Source: an uncultured Anaerolinea sp. (lineage in GTDB: Bacteria; Chloroflexota; Anaerolineae; Anaerolineales; Villigracilaceae). Taken from it: a stretch of DNA of 64,000 nt. Position numbers and translations under genes: made by a program. The DNA is taken from assembly GCA_964607645.1 (NCBI GenBank), contig CAZSLN010000001.1:70577-134576 (forward strand), written 5' to 3'. The notes under the pieces were generated by a model, which searched no databases, was not told the DNA's origin, and saw only the letters and a program-made list of their open reading frames with translations. Positions 44,714 to 53,220 of the stretch are shown piece by piece (position 1 is the stretch's first letter; every line of letters starts with the position of its first letter).

Positions 44714-45796
44714 CTAAGATTTTACTTCAGGGCTGGCATCTTTGTTTTCTGATGAGTCGTCTTCAGATCCGCCAGAATCGCTATCATCTTTTTCCGGTTC
44801 AGAATCCGGCTCTTCAATATCAGGATGGTCCGATGTATCGTCGCTACCATTTGTACCAGTATATGCATCTGATGAGTTATCCTCTTCAGAAGGAACGATG
44901 GAAGAATCACCTCCCGAATCGTCCGTTTCATTTTGAGAATCCTCAATCGAGGAATCATCTATAGATGATTCATTCATTTCTTGGTCTAAATCATCGTCAG
45001 AGGATTCGGTGCTTGTTGAAATTGTGTTGTCATCGGATGGTTTATGAAGGAAGGTGGGCGTCATAATGATGGTTACGCTTTCACCCGCACGAAGGATCGT
45101 AAGCTGTTCAACTTCAATGATCCCATCATCCGTTTCGCCAATAATATGAACAGCGGAACCGAGCGGAACATTTAGGTTGGCGAACTCGTCGATCTCTACT
45201 CTAACAACTACTCCGCTAATTGTCCAAAACTCTCCATCAATTTTTTCAACGATCCCGTCGAAGGATACCTGTTCAAATCGCCCTTCGGAATACAACTCAT
45301 TAATCTCATCAACTCTTTCTTTATCAAAAGTAGATTCGAGATTCTGTTTGGTGGTTGAATCAAAAACAAAAAATAAACGAACGCCTTCCCAACTGCGCTT
45401 TACGGAGTATAGATTATCGCCTGGTAATGCTCCATTGGATGCTTGAACTAAACCAGTGCCGCTTGAAAAAAGAACCGCAACAACAACAAAAGCGGATAAA
45501 GCCATTCGCTGAACACGAACATTTAGAAAATCAAAACCGTGCTGCCAAACTGTTTTTGCCTGCTTCTTCTGCTCGCCTTGAGCCAAAGTCGCCATTACTC
45601 GGTTTTTCGCACGTATCTTAGAATTCGAATCTGGCATCTTTGCGGGAACACTCTGAGCGAATAACGCCATTTCGACCATTACCTGGATCTCATCCCGATA
45701 GTCAGGGTAAAGAGATAGACAAGATTCGAGATCCTGGCCATTGCTGACCGAATCTAATGTTTCGCTAAAAGCAGTGTATATGTCAATTTTTTTCAT
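44714..45796 (-). CDS. putative anti-sigma factor (single TM, DUF5667/DUF5666-like ectodomain, polyacidic tail)
   Basis: 360-aa ORF overlapping the ECF sigma gene by 4 nt. TM helix MALSAFVVVAVLFSSGTGLV. PGDNLYSVKRSWEGVRLFF segment. C-terminal ~100 aa rich in Ser/Asp/Glu. Confidence 0.7.
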   Translation of the reverse strand: MKKIDIYTAFSETLDSVSNGQDLESCLSLYPDYRDEIQVMVEMALFAQSVPAKMPDSNSKIRAKNRVMATLAQGEQKKQAKTVWQHGFDFLNVRVQRMALSAFVVVAVLFSSGTGLVQASNGALPGDNLYSVKRSWEGVRLFFVFDSTTKQNLESTFDKERVDEINELYSEGRFEQVSFDGIVEKIDGEFWTISGVVVRVEIDEFANLNVPLGSAVHIIGETDDGIIEVEQLTILRAGESVTIIMTPTFLHKPSDDNTISTSTESSDDDLDQEMNESSIDDSSIEDSQNETDDSGGDSSIVPSEEDNSSDAYTGTNGSDDTSDHPDIEEPDSEPEKDDSDSGGSEDDSSENKDASPEVKS

Positions 45797-46332
45797 TGGT
45801 TATTGCTCATTATTTTTTTCAATGCGGCCAGCGCCCTGAACTGAAGCTGCTTGATCGCGTTTTCGTTTTTATTCATTAGCGCCGCGGTTTCTTCGATCGA
45901 GTATTCGAGGTTGAACCTGTAGTTCAACACATCTTGTTGCTCGGCGGTTAGGTTTGTCATTGCGGCTGCTAACATTTTTTTCTTTTCCTTGGCTTCAACC
46001 TCACCTATGAGGTCCGTACCGTTATCCACGATCTCTTCATTCAAGATCGTTTCTGGCTTTTTGTAAACCTTGCGGTAGTGATCCACTATGATGTGGGAGG
46101 CGGTTAAAAAAAGCCAACCTTTAATATTTGTTTCAGGAAACTTATTCTTTTTAGTGACTTCGATCAACCTGATAAAGACTTCGCTCGCGATTTCTTCAGC
46201 GAGGTCATCGTTATTTACTCGGTAGTTGATGTAGCGATATAGATCGGGATAATATTGCTCAAATATCCTATCGATCGATTCTCGATCACATTTCAGAATT
46301 CCTACATAATTATCTTTGTTAGAATTTAACAT
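45793..46332 (-). CDS. ECF-type RNA polymerase sigma-70 family factor
   Basis: 179-aa ORF. Region 2 (YYPDLYRYINYRVNNDDLAEEIASEVFIRL) and region 4 HTH (YSIEETAALMNKNENAIKQLQFRALAAL). Confidence 0.88.
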   Translation of the reverse strand: MLNSNKDNYVGILKCDRESIDRIFEQYYPDLYRYINYRVNNDDLAEEIASEVFIRLIEVTKKNKFPETNIKGWLFLTASHIIVDHYRKVYKKPETILNEEIVDNGTDLIGEVEAKEKKKMLAAAMTNLTAEQQDVLNYRFNLEYSIEETAALMNKNENAIKQLQFRALAALKKIMSNNQ

Positions 46333-46480
46333 TCGGGTATTTTTGCTCTGTTAATTGAAGTTGGAAAATAGATAACAGTCTTCCAACATAATCCTAAACG
46401 ATAAACCCAAAATTTTCCTAACAAAAATGATAGCTATGTATTGTTGTTTCAATTTTAGAGTCGTAGATTAGGTTAAAAGG

Positions 46481-47665
46481 TTACGGGGTAGATGGTCTTA
46501 TTTCATTAACACGACCAAATTCCTCCAAGAACAATTTTGCCAACGCTTTATTATAAATAATAAGGATGTTTTCGTCATTTTGTCTTTCGGCGTTCGCTGT
46601 GAAATTGTAGGAACCTGTCACTACAATTTCTTCATCAATGATCATAACCTTGTGATGCATTAGTCCATCATTACCATCTGGAAGAACTTGTATGCCCGAA
46701 TTGATCAGTTGTTCAAACTCAGAACCACCAGATTTAAGGAGTTGACCATCTAATACCCCACTAATGATCAATCCATTATTAAATTGCCCGATTAATACTT
46801 CCGAATAATCTTCCGCGGTCATGGCGTACGCCATAAAATAGATGCTTTTTGTTGAATTTTTCAGCAAATTTACGATCACTCTGGCGATCTGGTCATCCGG
46901 CGAAAACAAACTTTCGATCTTCGTACCATTAAGGTCAACAATTCGGTAAGGAGTGTCGATCTTTGTGTCAGTTCCAAAGAAATGAGCTGAGAACATTTCA
47001 TCAAATTCAGTCTCATAGTTTGCGGCTATCTCCTCATCAGCGATCCGCATGAGATTGTTATTATCTACATAAAAACTATCGTAGGTGTAATTTGCTGACC
47101 CTGTCCAAACCTCAACTCCATCGATGATGAGAAATTTATTGTGCATCAGGCTTGAGGTGTCATCCCCAATAATGGGAATTCCAGCGGCAAGTAATCGTAT
47201 TACCGACGAGCTATCAAGGCTATCACTTTCCATTACCATTCGAACGGTTACTCCCCGCTTGAAAGCGTTGATCAGGGCTCTTTCGATCAGGTAATGGTCA
47301 AAACTATAAATCGCCAAATCAATTGAGACCTTCGCGCCATCGATCGACTCGATCAGTTTCGTTTCTATGCCATCTTCTTCATAATACGCTAAGCCCGACC
47401 TCGGTTCAGTAAAATACACATCGACCAAGGAACTGGTATATCCATAGCCAACCGGCAGATCAACCTGATCAAACACCAGCGCTGTTTCAGACTTTGGGGT
47501 TGCTGTACCTATCAAGGGTGTAATTATTGGGTTGTTCGTCAAATCTACTGGGTCTTTAAATCCGCAACCGGGTATCGACATACATACCATAAGCGCGATG
47601 ATAAGCCGGATACTATTCTTGAAGTTTTGATCGAATTTGTTGGTTTGCATTTTTAGCCTACCCAA
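46481..47665 (-). CDS. phospholipase D superfamily lipoprotein with two HKD motifs
   Basis: 394-aa ORF. Lipobox (SIPGCG). HKD motifs HNKFLIIDGVEVWTGSANYT and HHKVMIIDEEIVVTGSYNFT. Confidence 0.8.
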   Translation of the reverse strand: MGRLKMQTNKFDQNFKNSIRLIIALMVCMSIPGCGFKDPVDLTNNPIITPLIGTATPKSETALVFDQVDLPVGYGYTSSLVDVYFTEPRSGLAYYEEDGIETKLIESIDGAKVSIDLAIYSFDHYLIERALINAFKRGVTVRMVMESDSLDSSSVIRLLAAGIPIIGDDTSSLMHNKFLIIDGVEVWTGSANYTYDSFYVDNNNLMRIADEEIAANYETEFDEMFSAHFFGTDTKIDTPYRIVDLNGTKIESLFSPDDQIARVIVNLLKNSTKSIYFMAYAMTAEDYSEVLIGQFNNGLIISGVLDGQLLKSGGSEFEQLINSGIQVLPDGNDGLMHHKVMIIDEEIVVTGSYNFTANAERQNDENILIIYNKALAKLFLEEFGRVNEIRPSTP

Positions 47666-47712
47666 ATTCTATCAAAATAAATGGGCAAACATCAAAGGTA
47701 TAATCCTACCCA

Positions 47713-49308
47713 ATGAGCAATTCATCGTCTTCATCGAACAAACAGATCGCCCGCGCCGCAAGTACGGTGATGTTTGCTTATGTTTTAAGTAATCTTGTTG
47801 GTCTCATGAGACAGGTATTAGTATCAAATACTTTCGGCACCAACTCCCAGCTCGACGCTTTTTATGCCGCTGTGACCATCCCAGATCTGTTATTCAACCT
47901 TCTTGCCGGTGGAGCGCTCGCCTCGGCTTTCATCCCCATTTTCACAGATGTGCTAAAAAAAGAGAATTCTAGGCAGGCTTTCGATCTCTTTTCTTCCATC
48001 GTCAGCCTTATCCTGCTGGTATTGGGGATCGGTTCACTAATTACGGTCTACTTCGCCCCAACCATCGTTAGTAAGGTTATTTTTGTTTTTCAGCCTAACC
48101 TTGATAGCGGCTTGCTGCAACTAACTATCAATCTATTACGCATCATTATGATCGCCCCCACCATTTTTGGCATCAGCGGAATCGTGATGGGCGTGCTGAA
48201 CACCCACCAAAAGTTCCTCATCCCCGCCTTAGCGCCGGTGGTCAATTGGCTTGGGTGGATCATTGGTATCGTGTTCATTGTGCCAACCCAAGGCATCTTT
48301 GGTTTGGCTTGGGGATATGTAATTGGTGCTTGTTTGCATCTGCTCGTTCAAATCCCGGCTTTGCTGAGCCTCGAAAAGATTTCCATCCCATCCGCAAAAG
48401 ACCTGATGAGCAACAAGGTCGTCCAGATCTTAAAGTTGATGGGGCCGCGCTTATTTGGGGTCGGAGCCGTTCAGATCAATTTCTTGATCAATACCATGTT
48501 AGCTGCCTCTCTCGGCGAAGGCAGCCTTTCAGCCATCAACGTGGGTAGAATGATCATGACCATGCCATTATTCGTGATCGCCCAAGCCATCGCTACGGCA
48601 GCCCTTCCTACCTTTTCGGCACAAGTGGCAAAAAATGAAAAAACCGATATGGTTCATTCACTTACGGCTACCCTTCGCGGAGTTTTAGTCCTATCGATCC
48701 CCGCCAGCATTGGTTTGATCATCCTGCGAAGCCCAATCACTGCTATTTTGTTTCAGCGCGGAAAATTTGACGCTCATTCCACAGAACTGGTTGCTTGGGC
48801 TATCCTTTGGTACACCGCGGGGTTGGTTGGCCATGCCATTGTGGAAATTCTTTCGAGGGCGTTTTACGCGCTTCATGATACAAAAACACCCGTCACCATT
48901 GGTATTTTGGCTATGGGTTTGAATGTGGTTTTAAGTTTTGTTTTCGTGGCTTTGTTTACAAAAGTGTCGTGGATGCCCCATGGCGGATTGGCGTTGGCGA
49001 ATTCACTTGCCACAGCGATCGAGGCAGGTTTCCTAATCTACTACATCCGAAAACACCTAGGTGAAATTGAAACCAAAGCTTTAGGAATCAGTTTTTTTCA
49101 ATTTACCATCGCCAGTCTGCTGATGGTTCTGTGTATCTATGGCTGGCAGTTGTTTTCCGCGGGATCTGGCGATTGGATCGAAGTTCTTGGCGGCGTTGTC
49201 TTTGGTGCGATTGCCTATTTATTCGGCTTGATACTATTACAAATTCCCGAGTTAAGCATTGCCCGAGCGTTTCTCACAAAAATTCTCAGCCGCGTTTCTC
49301 GCCGCTGA
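47713..49308 (+). CDS. murJ: lipid II flippase MurJ
   Basis: 531-aa polytopic ORF with a MurJ/MviN-type N-terminus (AASTVMFAYVLSNLVGLMRQVLVSNTFG...DAFYAA..IPDLLFNLLAGGALASAFIP). Confidence 0.88.
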   Translation: MSNSSSSSNKQIARAASTVMFAYVLSNLVGLMRQVLVSNTFGTNSQLDAFYAAVTIPDLLFNLLAGGALASAFIPIFTDVLKKENSRQAFDLFSSIVSLILLVLGIGSLITVYFAPTIVSKVIFVFQPNLDSGLLQLTINLLRIIMIAPTIFGISGIVMGVLNTHQKFLIPALAPVVNWLGWIIGIVFIVPTQGIFGLAWGYVIGACLHLLVQIPALLSLEKISIPSAKDLMSNKVVQILKLMGPRLFGVGAVQINFLINTMLAASLGEGSLSAINVGRMIMTMPLFVIAQAIATAALPTFSAQVAKNEKTDMVHSLTATLRGVLVLSIPASIGLIILRSPITAILFQRGKFDAHSTELVAWAILWYTAGLVGHAIVEILSRAFYALHDTKTPVTIGILAMGLNVVLSFVFVALFTKVSWMPHGGLALANSLATAIEAGFLIYYIRKHLGEIETKALGISFFQFTIASLLMVLCIYGWQLFSAGSGDWIEVLGGVVFGAIAYLFGLILLQIPELSIARAFLTKILSRVSRR

Positions 49309-49317
49309 TCCGGCTTT

Positions 49318-49776
49318 CTACACTACCATCGCCCAATAAACAATACTAACAATGATACCCAAAATGATCCCGCCAATTACTTCAAGCGGTGTGTGGCCGA
49401 GCACTTCACGCAATTCTTTATCCGAAATAGGATGACCGCTTAGCAATTCGTTGATCAAAATATTGATCATTTCAGCATGCCGGCCAGCCTCACGCCGAAC
49501 ACCCATTGCGTCGTAGACCACGATCATCGTGATAGCGACGGCAATGGTGAAAACAGGGTTATCAAACCCTTCGTGCAGGCCTATACCAAATGTTGCGCCA
49601 ACCATCAGGGCTGAATGTGAACTTGGCATACCGCCAGCACTCAATAAATAGCCCCAGTTCCATTTTCCTTTTCGAAGGTATTCAACGGGGGGTTTTAGTA
49701 TTTGGGCAAGAAACCAGGCAATGATTGCCGTCATCAAGGATGGATTATTTAGCAAGGAAGAAAAGAACATATTCAT
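49318..49776 (-). CDS. divergent PAP2 family membrane protein (DUF212; acid phosphatase/vanadium haloperoxidase-related)
   Basis: 152-aa ORF with GGMPSSHSALM and VGHTPLEV segments typical of DUF212. Confidence 0.75.
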   Translation of the reverse strand: MNMFFSSLLNNPSLMTAIIAWFLAQILKPPVEYLRKGKWNWGYLLSAGGMPSSHSALMVGATFGIGLHEGFDNPVFTIAVAITMIVVYDAMGVRREAGRHAEMINILINELLSGHPISDKELREVLGHTPLEVIGGIILGIIVSIVYWAMVV

Positions 49777-49994
49777 TCCCCTTTTTGCCCTACACCATTC
49801 GGATCGATTTTCTGGATCCGTAATTGAGCTTTTTCCAACAAAGACGAACAGTGTGTCGCCAGAAGTTGACCTCTTTCGTATAACGCGATCGATTCTTGAA
49901 GCGGGTGGCTCTCACTCTCAAGTTGAGCTGCTATCTTTTCCAATTCCACGAAGGCCTGCTCATAGCTTAGTTTTTCAATCGAATTCTCACTCAT
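49773..49994 (-). CDS. xseB: exodeoxyribonuclease VII small subunit
   Basis: 73-aa ORF (LSYEQAFVELEKIAAQLES...LQESIALYERGQLL), directly downstream of xseA. Confidence 0.88.
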   Translation of the reverse strand: MSENSIEKLSYEQAFVELEKIAAQLESESHPLQESIALYERGQLLATHCSSLLEKAQLRIQKIDPNGVGQKGE

Positions 49995-49995
49995 G

Positions 49996-51231
49996 TTATT
50001 TCTCCGTCTTTATCTCTGTAACTACAACCACCAAGCTTCCATCATAAAGAGTTACATCCAACTCACTCTTTGGGTTTGCTTGGGAGGCAGTTTTAATGAT
50101 CTGTTTGGTTGCGCGATCTTGTACGATTGCATATCCTCTTTTTAGGATACCATGCGGGTTGTTTGATTCAAGCCTTTTAAGCAAGCCATCCAACTGCGAT
50201 CGCTTTATTCCAAATATATTTTCGTTTGCCCGATTCAACCGTTGCGATAAGCCATCAACGACTTGGCTTTGCGTCATAAGAGCGCGGGCTGGGGAAAAAT
50301 AACTCAACCGTGACCGTAAAACACTGAGTTCATCATCAAGTTGACGAATCAACCCTTCCGAAAAATCCTGTAGGAGCTGCCCATAAGCTTCAATCTGTCC
50401 TTGTAGAAGGTCGATCGAAATGGGGGTAGCTATTTCGGCGGCTGCTGTCGGTGTTGGAGCCCTCATATCTGAGGCGAAATCAACCAAGGTAAAATCGATC
50501 TCATGGCCAACCCCTGTGATAACCGGCGTTTTGGAATCCGCCACAGCGCGGGCTACTTGTTCGTTATTAAAGCTCCATAGGTCTTCTATGGAACCACCAC
50601 CCCTGGCGAGAATGATCACATCAAGGTTTGGCACCTGGTTTACCTGTTTCAATGCTTTGATGATCCCGGCTGGGGCATCTATCCCTTGTACCAAGGTTGG
50701 CGCTAACCACACCGTAACCAATGGTAGGCGCCGCGAAAGGGTGTTAAGAATGTCTTGTAAGGCTGCCCCTGTTTCGGAAGTGACCACCCCGATATTTAAG
50801 GGTGAAGGCGGGATGGGACGTTTGCGGCTTAGGTCAAACAACCCTTCCGCTTCCAATTGTTTTTTTAGCCTGGCAAATTCGGCATAAAGTTCTCCCTCCC
50901 CCGCGACCTTCACCTGGTCTACTACCAGCTGGTATTGGCCGCTTACTTCATACAGGCTCAAACTTCCATGAACCTGCAGCGAGATCCCTTCTTTTATAGC
51001 AATACCCTGATTTTTAAAAGCACTGCTTTTCCACATCACACACTTCAGTGAGGCGTTTTGATCCTTCATCGTGAAATAAAGATGCCCTGATGTAGCTCGC
51101 GTAAAATTCGATACCTCTCCTTGAACCCATACATTGGAAAACAATGGCTCGTTTTCGATGGTAAGTTTAATGAGGCGGGTAAATTCAGAGACGGTTACCG
51201 AACGATCTCGCGTAAAGTTTTCGAACAACAT
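49996..51231 (-). CDS. xseA: exodeoxyribonuclease VII large subunit
   Basis: 411-aa ORF. OB-fold N-terminus (VWVQGEVSNFTRATSGHLYFTMKD) and RGGGSIEDLW motif. Confidence 0.92.
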   Translation of the reverse strand: MLFENFTRDRSVTVSEFTRLIKLTIENEPLFSNVWVQGEVSNFTRATSGHLYFTMKDQNASLKCVMWKSSAFKNQGIAIKEGISLQVHGSLSLYEVSGQYQLVVDQVKVAGEGELYAEFARLKKQLEAEGLFDLSRKRPIPPSPLNIGVVTSETGAALQDILNTLSRRLPLVTVWLAPTLVQGIDAPAGIIKALKQVNQVPNLDVIILARGGGSIEDLWSFNNEQVARAVADSKTPVITGVGHEIDFTLVDFASDMRAPTPTAAAEIATPISIDLLQGQIEAYGQLLQDFSEGLIRQLDDELSVLRSRLSYFSPARALMTQSQVVDGLSQRLNRANENIFGIKRSQLDGLLKRLESNNPHGILKRGYAIVQDRATKQIIKTASQANPKSELDVTLYDGSLVVVVTEIKTEK

Positions 51232-51364
51232 AAAATGAACAAGACCTCTTTAGAGTACCAATGTACCAAAAAACTGAAGGAGCTATTAAGTTACAATAGC
51301 AATAGGTACTATCATTTTATCAACATAACCAACAAAACAATTAAATTGAGTAGCAGGACCAACA

Positions 51365-51853
51365 ATGAAAAGAATATGGGCGTCTTGGCGCATGAAATAT
51401 ATTAGTTCCGCTGATAAACAACCCGGTTGCGCCTTTTGTGAAGCATTGAAGAAAGAGGATTCCGAGGAGAACTTGATCGTTCACCGTGGCAAAAATTCCT
51501 TGATTATTTTAAATAAATATCCTTACGCCAGCGGGCATCTGATGGTCGCCCCCCTCGCTCATGTAGCCAATATAGAAGAATTAGACGCTGAAACCGGAAA
51601 CGAGATCTTTCAACTAATCACGCGCAGTACCACTACTCTGAAAAAGATATATCGGCCCGAAGGGTTTAATATCGGCGCTAATTTAGGTCAAGCTGCCGGC
51701 GCCGGTATTCCCGGACACCTTCACTTTCATATCGTTCCTCGTTGGAATGGCGATACAAACTATATGTCGACCATTGGAGAGATCAGAGTTATCCCCGAAG
51801 ATATTCCAGTTACCTATAAAAGGATAAAAGAACAACTACATAATTCGCTCTAA
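51365..51853 (+). CDS. HIT family protein (Ap4A phosphorylase/ATP adenylyltransferase-like branch)
   Basis: 162-aa ORF. CAFC near the N-terminus and histidine triad GHLHFHIVPRW. Confidence 0.8.
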   Translation: MKRIWASWRMKYISSADKQPGCAFCEALKKEDSEENLIVHRGKNSLIILNKYPYASGHLMVAPLAHVANIEELDAETGNEIFQLITRSTTTLKKIYRPEGFNIGANLGQAAGAGIPGHLHFHIVPRWNGDTNYMSTIGEIRVIPEDIPVTYKRIKEQLHNSL

Positions 51854-51865
51854 AAAGAAAAACCT

Positions 51866-53173
51866 ATGAAAATTAAATCGATATTTTTTGCCGTGATCCT
51901 AACCATCCAACTTAGCGCTTGCATATTGCCTGCGCAAACATCGGGTGACCTTGAGAAGACAGAAAACAACGCAGCCCAAGCACTCTCCTCCGACAAAGCA
52001 ACCCTTCCTTCTACCCAAACAAGTTCCCCCACAGCTACCGCTGTGCCAACACAAACCAGCGTTCCCCCCACTCAACCCCCCGTGGCCTTCGGGCCTGGTT
52101 TGGAGGATTTCCCGTTGGGAGTCAATCCGCTCACTGGATCATCTGTTCAAGATCCGGAACTACTAAAACTACCCGCGGTACTCATTTCCATCACCAACTT
52201 TCCACCATCTGCCCGTCCTCAATCCGGTTTATCTTATGCTTCTTGGGTGTATGAGCTTTATATCTCAGAAGGAATGACTCGTTTTCTCTCGGTGTTTTAC
52301 GGAGACTATCCACAGCTTGCCAAACCTAGCCAACCGCTGCCGGTATCTACCGTATTGGCGGCAAACGTTACCGCTACCCCCGCTGCTGTCAAGGTTGACG
52401 CGGAAATACCAAGCGCGATGATCGGTCCGATCCGCTCGGGGCGCTTACCGTACGCTTACATTCGTGATTTTTACCGCAGTTCTTGCCTCGTGTATGCTGG
52501 CGCTACTGTCCAAATTCGCAACAAACTAAAAGGTTGCTCCCTCATTTTTGGCAGCGATGAGGGCAATATCAACAGCGCCATGTTGGATGTAACCAAATTA
52601 CAAACTTTGGCTGAAACAAACTTGGTGCCAAACAGTCCATTCAACTACACCGGCAATTCCTTCACGGAGATCGCGCCGCCAAATGGCATACCCGCATCTC
52701 AACTAGATATCTTCTATAGTTACCTCAACCAGGGTCAGTGGCTTTTTGATGAAACAACGGGTAAGTACCTGAAATTTGAAGATTTTGCCGACGGATCGGG
52801 AAAATTTCGCCCGATGACCGATCGCTTGAACGGCCAGCAATTAGCTTATTCAAATGTGATCGTGCTATACGCCGAACATACTGTTCTTGATCCTTATATC
52901 ATCGATGTTTCTCTTGGCTCAGGAGAACGGGGCAAAGCGGTCATTTTTAGGGACGGCCAAAAATATAACGCCGTATGGACCACGATGAACGGTGCATACG
53001 AAAAAGAAACTGGCATGCGAAGGCCGATTCGCTTTGAGGACGAAGCTGGCAACCCGTTCCCGCTAAAACCCGGGCAATCTTGGGTGCATCTCTTTACTCC
53101 ATATGCGTATATCGAGGATAAAATGGCGGGTGTTTGGTTGTTACGGTTCGTCGCCCCCGCTGGAACAAAATAG
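51866..53173 (+). CDS. DUF3048-family lipoprotein (YerB-like)
   Basis: 435-aa ORF. Lipobox LSAC, Pro/Thr/Ser-rich linker, then PAVLISITNFPPSARPQSGLSYASWVYELYISEGMTRFLSVFYGD, typical of DUF3048. Confidence 0.75.
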   Translation: MKIKSIFFAVILTIQLSACILPAQTSGDLEKTENNAAQALSSDKATLPSTQTSSPTATAVPTQTSVPPTQPPVAFGPGLEDFPLGVNPLTGSSVQDPELLKLPAVLISITNFPPSARPQSGLSYASWVYELYISEGMTRFLSVFYGDYPQLAKPSQPLPVSTVLAANVTATPAAVKVDAEIPSAMIGPIRSGRLPYAYIRDFYRSSCLVYAGATVQIRNKLKGCSLIFGSDEGNINSAMLDVTKLQTLAETNLVPNSPFNYTGNSFTEIAPPNGIPASQLDIFYSYLNQGQWLFDETTGKYLKFEDFADGSGKFRPMTDRLNGQQLAYSNVIVLYAEHTVLDPYIIDVSLGSGERGKAVIFRDGQKYNAVWTTMNGAYEKETGMRRPIRFEDEAGNPFPLKPGQSWVHLFTPYAYIEDKMAGVWLLRFVAPAGTK

Positions 53174-53220
53174 AACCGACTTTAGGATTGACTTAATACT
53201 GTTAACTTTATAATTAGAGT

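Noticed and set aside
46333-46480. Search for an ECF-type (GGAAC-N16-CGTT-like) autoregulated promoter upstream of the sigma factor gene.
   Set aside because: Only weak candidates were found. GGAAAA...CGTT has a spacer of about 12-13 nt. TGAAAC-N16-CATT lacks the CGT core. Neither is convincing enough to annotate.
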